In this document: positions 52,891 to 64,000 of the stretch, one piece after another
Layout of the letters: each line of letters begins with the position of its first letter
Position numbering within the stretch: position 1 is the first letter of the stretch
The notes under the pieces: model-generated
What the model saw: only the letters and a program-made list of their open reading frames with translations
Databases searched by the model: none
Told to the model about the DNA's origin: nothing
Program-made: the position numbers and the translations under genes
Origin: Chrysomallon squamiferum
Taxonomy: Eukaryota > Animalia > Mollusca
NCBI GenBank assembly: GCA_012295275.1
Contig: CM022671.1
Coordinates: forward strand, 20,770,001 to 20,834,000
DNA length: 64,000 bases
Reading direction: 5' to 3'

Positions 52891-54883
52891 CAGAAAAAAA
52901 AAAAGGTCACTCTAAAAACTTAATGCATAATAATAACAAACAAATATTAACATAATTATAATTATGGGAAAAAAAACATGAAAATGTGAAAGAAAGAAAA
53001 AAATGAACAAGTGTGTGTATGTGTGTATACATGTATGTGTGTGTATATATGTATGTATGTATATATGTATGTATGTATGTATATGTGTGTGTGTATATAT
53101 ATATATATATAAACAAACCATAGTGTAATCTTTTTCTGACAACAGACGTGTAACGTCTCTACCTATCGATTCTGATAATACAATAATGATTTGAATAATG
53201 CAGTAATATGTTAAATTACACGAGTTAATGGCGAGGGCTGGGCAGTGGCACACTTATTTGATTTCACAATGTGTAATTGCAATGATTGGAGATGTTAAAA
53301 TAACGCGGCCTTTACACGCGTTACAAAAACCGTTATTGTATCAGTGTGGGATGCTGCTGAGCTCATGATGAAGGATTAACATCAGTGCGCATTGGAAGAG
53401 TAATTCCAATTACACCATCTTCAGTCTCATTAACAGCTACTTAGCTAACCTACTAACCTCTCGTCGATGTTCTCGTTTGCCTGTTAATTCCACAGAAGCT
53501 TTTTGCCGATTGTCTTATTGTATCTTTTTTTTTTTTTTTTTTTTTTTTTTTGCCAAGTATTATTATTAGTAGTATGGAGCTTTTTTTCGTTAGAATATTA
53601 TATGTAAAGATATATGAGAAGGTGTATGGTCAGCATATAAGATATGTTTCGACCTTATACATACATACATACATACATACATACATAAATACATGCACAT
53701 ACACACACACGTACACACACATTCATACACACGTACACAAAGAGACTCACAATTTATGTATGATGTGTGTGCAGGTTTGTATATGTATATAATTGTACAC
53801 ACATACACACGTATATATATATATATGCATGCATATATTACACATACATACATACATACATACATTCAAACATGCATGCGTGTATAGATGCATGCATTCA
53901 TACACATTTTATTTTTATCACCTCTTTAACTTAATAATTAGTAACTATTTATCTGTTTTATAAAAGTTTAATTTCTTTTATTGTATTTTTACACTAAATG
54001 AATAATTTAACACGTATAGAGCTACTGTAGAATGCATGCAAACGCACGATATCGCAAACAGACAGATTGAGCGAATCGTGGAAAAAACGAAAAAAAACAG
54101 AAAGACATACACACACACAGACAGCCAGAACAGAAAAAACCTATGGAAGATAAGAACGCTCTATAACTGTTGCTATTTATTGATAGTCATCTGACAGTGA
54201 ACTTCACGCAGGTGCTGTCAGAACGTCGCAAAGTACAGTCAGAACTTCACGCTGTAATTTGTTTTTAGCGCTTTCCTTTCTGTGAATTGCAGAGAACTGC
54301 TGTGTCAGTTATTGATGTTCGACTTGTGATAACATCTGTTGATAATTAGTGTTAACACGAGATTAATATTTCCTTACTTCATTAGCTGTTCTCCGCCAGT
54401 GCCCATCACTCCGAATTAATTCATTCCTTGATTCTCAGTTCCTTGGCATCAGAACATGTTATTTATTTTAGAAAGACATACGTAAACAGAATTACATTGA
54501 GCTTCAGGGTACATAACTGTGACGTACATACTTTTTTTTTTACAATCTTCGGGTATTTTGAACAGCAATACTTCTAGCACTGCAACTTCTATATTTTTCA
54601 GTCTGTTTTAATATTATTCTTACCATTTCAAACATAATCTTACTAGACCGGAGTAGAATATGCTGAAGTATACGTTACGTATTACTGAATATAATATACT
54701 AACTGAATTTCTACAGTAAAGGATATCTTATTTTCCCATATTGTTATACGCCCAGTATCTTGTAATATGTTTACACAACATGGGATATACTATAAAAATA
54801 TTTTATTGTACAGGAATGCGCCATTATTTGATCAATTTGTGTTATATCATAAGAAAATATGATAAAATGTCCGATTTTCTTTT

Positions 54884-54995
54884 CATATCATATCACATTA
54901 TATCATAATATATAACATATCATATCATATCATATCACATCACGTCAAATCAAATCATATCATATCTATCACATCATATATCATATCATATCACA
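54884..54995. repeat. Degenerate (CATAT)n pentanucleotide repeat
   Basis: catatcatatcac... array. Confidence 0.85.
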
Positions 54996-57023
54996 ACATA
55001 TATATTTACATGAACTGATACTACCGGTAGAATATGAAGTGTTTGTGTGTACAAGTGTATGTGTGTCTGTGTGTGTTTTGTATGTGTGTTTCTGTGAGAG
55101 AATGTTTTATTAGCAGCTGTTTTTTAAATTTATTTCTGCCTTCAGCAAACTGCACTCTGTATGACAGCTGCGCTGACAAAGAAATGAAAGAATTCTAAAT
55201 AAGAAAAGTTTTGTAAAAGGAAAGGATTTCAAAAATTAATCTCATTAATGCATGCACGTTAACGTCTTCAAATCATCTAATTGTTATCTGAATAAATAAT
55301 GTTTTTTTAAAAATAGGTTCGGTTAAGCGGTTAAAATTTAAAAGATCATAAATGTCTTATCTTCTTGTCAAACAAGAGTAATATACGGATCAATTTAAAA
55401 TTTCTTTCAGTCACAGTTTAAATTAAAAATTGATAAAAAAAATGGGTTAAAGAAAGTACATTATTCACAAATAATAGGTTTTAGATTTTCTTTTTCTTCT
55501 TTTGAAAATAAAAAATAAATAATAAAAAAAAAGCAATAAATTATATATAGCTATATCTATTGATTATTTCAACCTGCGCTCAAATTAATATTTGATCGTC
55601 TAGAACCTAACCTTGTCCTAATCTTCCAATATTAATTTACGTGTTCAGCTTAGACTGAATACTGCATGCCTTCTTTTAACAGACAGGTATTTCTCATCTG
55701 TTCAGAACTGCCATCATTTGTTTGCCCACTGCATAACTGGTTTCTGTTCTGTTTGTCTATCAGTCTGTCTGTTTTCCGGCTATCTGTTTTTTTGCAGATA
55801 TGTATCAGCTATTAAATCTGTCTTTATATATTATGCTGTCTCTTTCTACCTCATTCTCTGTCAGTCTATCTATTTTCTATCTGTTTGTCTTTCTTTCTAC
55901 CTATATTATACCTATGTCAGTCAGTCAGTCAATCTATCTGTCTATTCAGCGAAATTTTGTTATTCTCAAAGTACACTGTGTTTCAAAATCCGATCTCACT
56001 GAGCAGCACTGTTCAATTACCTTTTTTATTTACATTAGACAAAACGTATATTGTAAACCACTACAATGCAGCTAATTAAGTCATTTTGCACGTACACATT
56101 ACAACTAAGATTCCAGCTGATACGGGCTTTTCACGCCGTAATATTACTTTTTGTGGACACAGAGAGATTCTTTTGTGTAAGTGAAAATACGTTAATTTGA
56201 AAACTATTTGAAGCTTTCCAAAACATTATGTGTTTTCCGCTGTACCTTTCTATATATGAAAACGTGGTTGCTCTGACGGAATTGTATTGTTATCAGTGGA
56301 TAAAAAGAGAGGGCTGCTCATGTTAGATCTCACGTACCGTACTTTTTCTATTTCTGTTTCAAACCGTCAGTGTTTTGTACTGATCTGTACAGAATCTATA
56401 AGGTCGCTCTTACCAAGTTATTATTTTATGGGAGACCTAACATTGCACATTTCAAAGTGTATTCATGACACTGTTATAAAACGTTTTATATTTTCGTATG
56501 AGTGCAATCGAGACGCCTACGTAAGAGTGACAACTTCACATTTTCTGACGACAGAAGATTTTTTAGAGTTCACGGGTCCTGCAGTTGTCTTCATCAGGAG
56601 CTCGTAGGTCCTCATCTGTATGCAATGACGTCACAGAAACATAGCGCGCCCAAGATGTTTTTTAATTATACTTCGTTAGTAATTAATATTAAAATGCTAA
56701 ATTAAATAATTAAAAAATAATAATAATAAAAAAATAAATAAATAAATAAATAACTTGAAGATGTGCAGAATATATTTAAAATGTTGTTTGTATTACCAAA
56801 GATATATTTTAAGTATTATCATTACATTTTAAAGCAATATTCCGGAAAATGTCATTCTTTTACTTTATTGCCAAGAATAGAGATATAATGAATGAGACAT
56901 TTCTGAGTTTGTAACTAAATGGTGCCTGTTATAGTATGCTACTTGAACTATTCTACATAATATATGTTATATTTAAATCTGTACTTAATTAATTATTAAC
57001 CAATAAACATTAAACAAAACAAA

Positions 57024-57060
<37 letters not shown>

Positions 57061-57232
57061 GAAAGAAAGAAAGAAATAAAAAAGAAAAAAGGAAAAAGAA
57101 AACAAATACATCCACTGAACAAACACTTTTTTTACGATCACGAACTAACTTTAAATAAATAACCAAGAAAGAAAATGTACATCCATTAAACCAAATATAT
57201 TATTCTATCACTAACCGATTAACTAATTAAAA

Positions 57233-57271
<39 letters not shown>

Positions 57272-57591
57272 AACATTAACTCTATGTAATAAACTAAATA
57301 TAATATAGCGTTAAACCAGTTTAGTGCATGGTACATCGCTAGACAATCTAGACAATACAGCTACACTTCAGTGTCAATATTTGCGCTTCTCGGCATTACT
57401 AAGACAGCTAGACGTATTATTAGATGATAGTTCTGTTACCAGGAATATCCTGGCCAAACACAGACCAACACGGATTCATTTGATCCTAGATAAATGACTG
57501 TTTGTAGAATACAGCGATCTGGATTAATACATTTCTATAACAAGATCACTAGTTGTCAACTTCTTTGAATATGGTTTCAGTTACATCGGTT

Positions 57592-57593
<2 letters not shown>

Positions 57594-57638
<45 letters not shown>

Positions 57639-57853
57639 TAGTAGTAGTAGTAGTAAAAGTAGCTGTAGCAGCAGTAGTAGTAATAACAAAAACGACATCA
57701 ATAACAATTCATAATAACAAAGACGATGATGATGATAATAATAACAACAATCTGAAAAGCATAAGTACTACTACTACTAATAATAATGATACTGATGATG
57801 ATGATGATGACAATAATAATAATAATAATAATAATAACAACAACAACAACAAC

Positions 57854-57903
<50 letters not shown>
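57594..57903. repeat. Compound (AAT)/(AGT)/(GAT)/(AAC) trinucleotide tract
   Basis: Seen directly. Confidence 0.9.
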
Positions 57904-58669
57904 TAGATGATTTAGAAATATATTTATTATTCTGGGAATAATAAAACAGAATAATAATTAAAAAAAGAAATTCCTAAACCTGTCGACGCCTCTGTCATGA
58001 ATCAGAATCTTTCCGTGGGTGTTTGTTTTAAAACGATTATCACTGAAACGACAGACTATTCTGAATGATCACTTACACACCTACATTTACACGTAACTCT
58101 TATTCATCAGTCTTTCACAACACACCCACTCCAGCGTTACTCGTGTATTTCAAGTGGATATACGCGTTATGTTCTTCCTGAATGCCGCAATTTATATAAT
58201 TACTGTTGTAGTTTCTGTTTTCCATTAGCAAAAACAAAAAGAATCGAAATAAACAATCACGTGTTTGTAATTACAGAAACTGGTTATTTTTGTTACTGCA
58301 TCCGAGAGTCTCTTTGAAAACGCTTCATCTTAGCAGAACTTATTGAATTTGTTAGTAATATATTTGGTGCACGGAAAACGTCAGTGATTCCTCAAATAAT
58401 AAAACATTTATATACATATGTTACAACACCGCACCGCTTACCTAATCTGGAGACTGCCAGTTTTGGGAACATACCATATATATATATCAACTGAAAAAGA
58501 AATTTAAAATATATATATATATATATATATATATGTTATAATATCTTTGTTCTGTGACTAATTATGATACTATATTTGAAATCAAAATAATTTTAATGCT
58601 TTGTTTCGGGGTGAAGACAACCTAATGATTTCTTTCTATGTTATCTGATGTTAATTTTGAAGATTCAAA

Positions 58670-58775
58670 GTTCAGTGGTAAGGCGCGTGACTCCTACGTG
58701 ATTAGTTCAAGGTTCACAGGGCTATTTCTTGTTCCAGCCTGCGCTCCTATCTGTAAATAAAAGATATCTTGCTTA
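58670..58775 (+). mobile_element. Possible degenerate tRNA-derived SINE fragment
   Basis: A-box-like ttcagtggtaaggcgc and B-box-like gttcaag, followed by gggctatttcttgttccagcc, which from memory resembles the core of molluscan tRNA-head SINEs. Not verified by search. Confidence 0.35.
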
Positions 58776-59012
58776 TAACCTGTAAGCCTGTTTTCATTAT
58801 CTTTGTTCAGAATGTTTATGTCGGTCATCTAATCTAGGAATTATTAAACATTCATTCATTAATTTATTCATTCATTCATTTATTGATGCTTTCGTTTGTT
58901 CATTCATTATACACAATGCTTTTGTCTATTTTATAACTCCTTTATTAACATTTATCACACACACACACACACACAAACACACAAACACACACATACACAC
59001 ACACACATATAT

Positions 59013-59165
59013 ATACATACAAATTTAAAAGGATTGTCAGAAAGATTAGATAGTTATAATGAACAACATCTTTTTATTTTTATATATATATATACACACA
59101 TACATACAAATGTAAAAGGATTGTCAGAAAGATTAGATAGTTATAATGAACAACATCTGTTTATT
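59013..59165 (+). repeat. ~65-bp tandem duplication (period 87) upstream of mGluR gene 2
   Basis: aaaaggattgtcagaaagattagatagttataatgaacaacatct occurs twice, separated by TA/CA repeat. Confidence 0.9.
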
Positions 59166-59806
59166 GTTTTAAAGAATTGTCCAATAATGTTGGTATGAGT
59201 TGGTATGATTAAAAATGTCCCAGTAATAAAAAAAAAAAAAAAAAAAAAAAAATCTGAGAAATTTTACAGGAGCTTTTTTTTTTTTTTTTCCAGTATACTT
59301 CATTCAGTACTAAGAAGAAAAAAAAGGCAATGAAAAACAGTACTGGTTCATAAACAGGAATCTACTCTATTAATATTTCACTACACTGCATTATATACTC
59401 GGGCCCATGGTCAATAGTGTTTAACGAATTATTGTATATCTAAAAGACAGCGCCTTAATCTGGCAAATACTATTGGTTCATTGGCACTTAACTATGTGGA
59501 TTATATTCGCTTTCTTAGCTAGCTCGACCATCGATCGGAGACCGTACTGCGCGAGGACTAACGCGGTCTTTTCGTTCTCTTTATCATCACTTCGTGATAC
59601 TATTCGTCCAGGTACACACGTTTTGCGCTCTCTGTTTATCAACAAAGATGCCAACTCTTAAAAATAGTTCACCTGAGGGTTAATCAGTTTTACAACAGGT
59701 GGTTTAGAAACAGCAGACGGTAACACGTAAGTAAGACAATAAAAAAAAAAAAAAAAAAAAACAAAAAAAAAAAACAAAAAAAAAAAAGGAAATTTCGCTT
59801 CAAGGT

Positions 59807-60322
59807 ATGACATCAAATATTCAAAAAGTTCACTGGCTTTTGAGATGTTTATTAACACAAACAATGATAACAGAAATCGTCGCACCTGCTTTTGGAGCCG
59901 GGATGCCTGGAGATCAAAACAGGAAAATAATAACAGACGGAGAGGTCATATTTGGGGGACTTTTCCCAATGCATGAGCAGGGTCAGAACGGGACAAGTTG
60001 TGGACAGATTAAAAAAGAAAAAGGTATCCAACGACTTGAGGCAATGCTATACGCCGTCGATAAGATAAACAGAAATCCCAAACTGTTACCTGGAATTACG
60101 ATTGGGGTTCACATTCTGGACACATGCAGCTTTGATACGTACGCTTTGGAGCAGTGCATGGATTTCATAAAGGCTCAGCTGTCGACTATAGACCTAGAGG
60201 AGTACAAGTGTACAGACGGTACCATGCCGCAGTACCAACCCCTGCACCCGGTAGCCGGGGTGATCGGAGCCGCATCGAGCCTTGTTTCCATCATGGTGGC
60301 GAATATTCTTCGTTTATTTAAG
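59807..60322 (+). CDS. Metabotropic glutamate receptor, gene 2: first coding exon (N-terminus and start of Venus flytrap domain); the rest lies beyond the window
   Basis: Motifs DGEVIFGGLFPMH, CGQIKKEKGIQRLEAMLYAVDKIN..LLPGITIG..ILDTCS.DTYALEQ and VAGVIGAASSLVSIMVANILRLFK. Donor AAG|gtacgt at 60322/60323, phase 0, the typical intron position before IPQISY. 172 codons. Confidence 0.96.
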
Positions 60323-63300
60323 GTACGTTTATATTATCAAATATAAAAGTATAGATTATACACATTTAATGTATATGTATGTGTGTATGTACTATATATA
60401 TATATTTAAAATAATTCTGCTGATGAATATAATACAAAATACCATTTTTTCAACACCTGGTCTTCCACATTTCTTTGGTGGCTGTTTTTAAATGAGTATG
60501 GGTGCATGAGTTTTTTTGTATATTTTTAATAATAATTTTCATGTTTCGTTTACAGTATTTTGTAAGTCTACTAAATCTATGAACACGTTACAGATAAAAC
60601 AAGAACAAATAACAAAATTACAAAGTTAATAGATCAACGTTCATGGAAGGAAATAATTATAAATTGTCGTAACATGTACTTTAAGGAATAGTTTATCACC
60701 AGTTACATCATATACATAGCACATGTAGCTAATTACTTACCCATTCCAACCAGATACAATATATAATATTAGGCTAGTGGGCATTTGCAAGTGTGTTTTA
60801 TAAATCTGTATTATTATTTGTTATTAATTATTTTTCTTTTCAGTTTCTTATTGATAAATTGTATAAGTATTGAAAATATTAAATTTTTAATTGTGTGCGA
60901 TGTATGAACGTTATCATTTATTACTTACGCTATTTTCAGTATATACATAGACGTATACAAACATATATACATATACCTGTTTTCATGTATAAACCTAAAC
61001 ACAGACAAACACTCACACTCACAACCACACAAGATAGATATATACATACATACGTACATAAAAAACCCAGAGATAAGATAAACATTTGTTTCGATAATTA
61101 TAAGGCAAATGATGTATTTTAATATTCCAGGTGCTTAATTTTTAATTATTGAACTCAAAAAATGTTTTTGAAACAAATAACAAATATTTTTTATAAAATT
61201 AAAATTTTACGAGGTTGTATCGATATATATATATATATATATATATGCATGTATATGTGTACGTATGTATATATGTACGTATGCTTGTCCATATGTATCA
61301 AGGTATATATGTATATATATGTACGTATGTAGTATATATGTATATCTTTCTCTCTCTCTCTCTGTCTCGGTTTTTATCTTCTTGTCTCTCTAAATCAATA
61401 CAGATGTTTAATTATAACTGATTTGAGATTTCGTCTTATATATTTTTGTCTATATAATTAAATCATTACTTTGTTTTAATTATGTTAACGATGCTGTCAC
61501 CTCATTAAATCACTAATTTTCCCTGGTCACAGGTGCTGCAATGTAAATGCAGTTTGTGGGCGCGTCGCATTTGTAATTAAAACGTTATCATCAACAAATT
61601 TTCCTGTTGACCTATCTTAATTAAGTTAGTTATTTCATAGAGAGAAAAAAAATACATAATTTGATTACCTCAATAATGTTTGTCCACCAGAAATTCCGGT
61701 TATATGTATAAATAAATTAATGAATATAGTTCACTGTGAAGTAATATACTGTATAATTTTAAAGTCTGTTTTGTAGTGCAGTGTTTATTAATATAGTGTG
61801 GTTGTGTCTTGTCGACTGTTTCCGAACTGCGGGCGAAGGGATGTCACGCGTTCAAGTCTCGTCAGCGGCATCTTAATTTACTGCTCTGGTGCCAGTGCTT
61901 TCCCGAATACTGTTTATTTGCAGATGTACAGAAGATAACAGAATATACATTCCTTAATGCATACACACTCGTGATCATTTGTTTATCTGATCGTCTGCTT
62001 TTCTTTCATCGTAAGTTTATAGAATTATCTGTGATACGCTGACTGCACTGAAATCTTATTCCAAGAGTATAGTACGTCAATAAAAAAAAACCAAAACAAT
62101 CAAATAGAAAACACACAAAATAATTAACAGAAAACTGAGGCGTTATTTATAGAATATATCATGATGAAAATAAAAATTCAGAAATGAAATTCTTTATGTA
62201 AAAAAAAGGAAAAATAAATAAAAAGAATCAAATTATATATATTATAAAAATATAAAATAAATTCATAAAGGAACATTCTTCACGAATAAATTAGACCATT
62301 TATGCGAAAGCTGTTTCGAAAATACGACTCTGAATATTCTGAATATTTACGACAGGAGCTTTAATAATGGAAAATAGACCTTAGGAAAATCGTGTTTTAT
62401 GCTTGAGTGAAAATTGTCGATTTACCGAGTATTGACATGCACATCCACCCCATTACTTCATCAACATTCGTCATCGACGTTTCTAATCAGGCAGATATTT
62501 TGTAAACTCGCTGTCCTGCCTGACATAAGGAAGAAGGTGTAGTACAGTCTGAGAAAACGTAATCATTTTCTTACGTTGCTATTCTTAAACACTTTTATGT
62601 GTTTTATTGGATTTGAATTTTATTACTGAAAAAGCTAATAAAGCATTGCCATTGTTTTATTGTTGTTATTTCTGCTTTTGAAGATATGCAGACAAAGACT
62701 CACATCCTCACACGCCTACGTACATACGCATTGTACAGACAGAAACACCCACTCACGCACAAACAAATATTCACAAAAACACACATACACACATATATAC
62801 ATACACAAATACCTGCATACAACAACTTGTCACACTGAGTTAATGACAAAATAGTGTTAGAATTCAGAATCCAATGACGTGTTCCGATCTCTATTATCTG
62901 AATGTTCTGAAACTTTCACAGAACAGGAATCATACAAAACCATTTCTTCCAGTTGAAATCGAATGTGTTTAAAACAGAAAATAATTCAATAACATATTTT
63001 TTTCTTCTTTATCAAACTGAAATCAGTGAACAGTATGGATGCTTTAGGAGGCCAAATTCTTTCATGTTCATTTCGCTGTCTTTGTTTACCAGTTTGGTTC
63101 ATGCTTTTTTCTTCTTCTCCTTCTTTGGGGCATGCAGATTAACTTAAAAGAGCCACTAGCTACAGGAGACCAAATTATTTTATGTTTTTTCCTTGGTTCA
63201 TAAATTCCTGCTCAATTTTTAAAATTATTGTTGAAGGCAAAATTATTTTCTTTTCTTCTGTCCACTTTATTTTATTTACTTTTTTATTTTTATTTAATTA

Positions 63301-63483
63301 TTTATTTATTTAAATTTGTAAACAATTAAGACGAATGTATAGTTCAGTATGCAGAAACAGCGTGGTAACTCCAACATATGCTCTAAGTTTTTAACACAAA
63401 ATCTGTTTCGTGTCTCTCGGGAACCTATTTTTACATGCTGGAATCTTGTTAAGAAGGTATGGAATACTCCAAGGCAAATATAT

Positions 63484-63486
<3 letters not shown>

Positions 63487-63577
<91 letters not shown>
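63487..63577. repeat. (AG)n microsatellite
   Basis: Seen directly. Confidence 0.97.
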
Positions 63578-63581
<4 letters not shown>

Positions 63582-64000
63582 ATAAAAGTAAGAGACAAGG
63601 AGAAAGAGAACTAACGTGAGAGAGAGTGGGCGAGAGAAACAGCTTAATTAATCATATTTGATCGTTGAATATTTTTGCATATTTGTCTGTCTCTGTGTGT
63701 ATGCACGTTTGTACATGTACGTGTATATGAGTATGTATGTATGTATGTGTATATATAAATGTGTACGTGTGTATACGTATATGTGCGCGTATTTATTTAA
63801 GTATGATTTTATTCTTTTTTTTAAATTCCACGCTGATTACATAAACCCAGCGTTCATGCAATATTATTATAAATTTTGTTTCAATTGCAGAGATTCTGTT
63901 AAAAAATCCCCCCCCAAAAAAAAAAAAAAAAAAATTTAAAACAAAACAACTTCCCTGCTAAAATGATATAATTAGTAATTAGAACTGTTCTTTCACAGAA

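Overview
AT-rich, microsatellite-dense animal genomic DNA with spliceosomal introns. The style suggests a mollusc or cephalopod, but the sequence alone does not establish this. The left end holds the last three coding exons of a group II/III-type metabotropic glutamate receptor (mGluR; + strand, <1-1039, 7269-7452, 16898-16995). The right end holds the first coding exon of a second mGluR paralogue (+, 59807-60322). Between them, on the minus strand (~30.8-41.5 kb), is a tandem array of four copies of a compact two-exon gene that the ORF track shows only as a signal-peptide stub. Spliced, it encodes a 72-aa secreted precursor with a six-cysteine frame, C-x12-C-x6-C-x11-C-x5-CC (beta-defensin-like terminal CC), and a net acidic mature peptide. 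Two copies are intact, one has a 1-nt frameshift and one has lost most of exon 2. The signal exon and TATA promoter are nearly invariant, while the mature exon diverges almost entirely by amino-acid-changing substitutions. This toxin/defence-peptide-like family is the main candidate for an undescribed system. Most other ORFs in the track are microsatellite or low-complexity artefacts.
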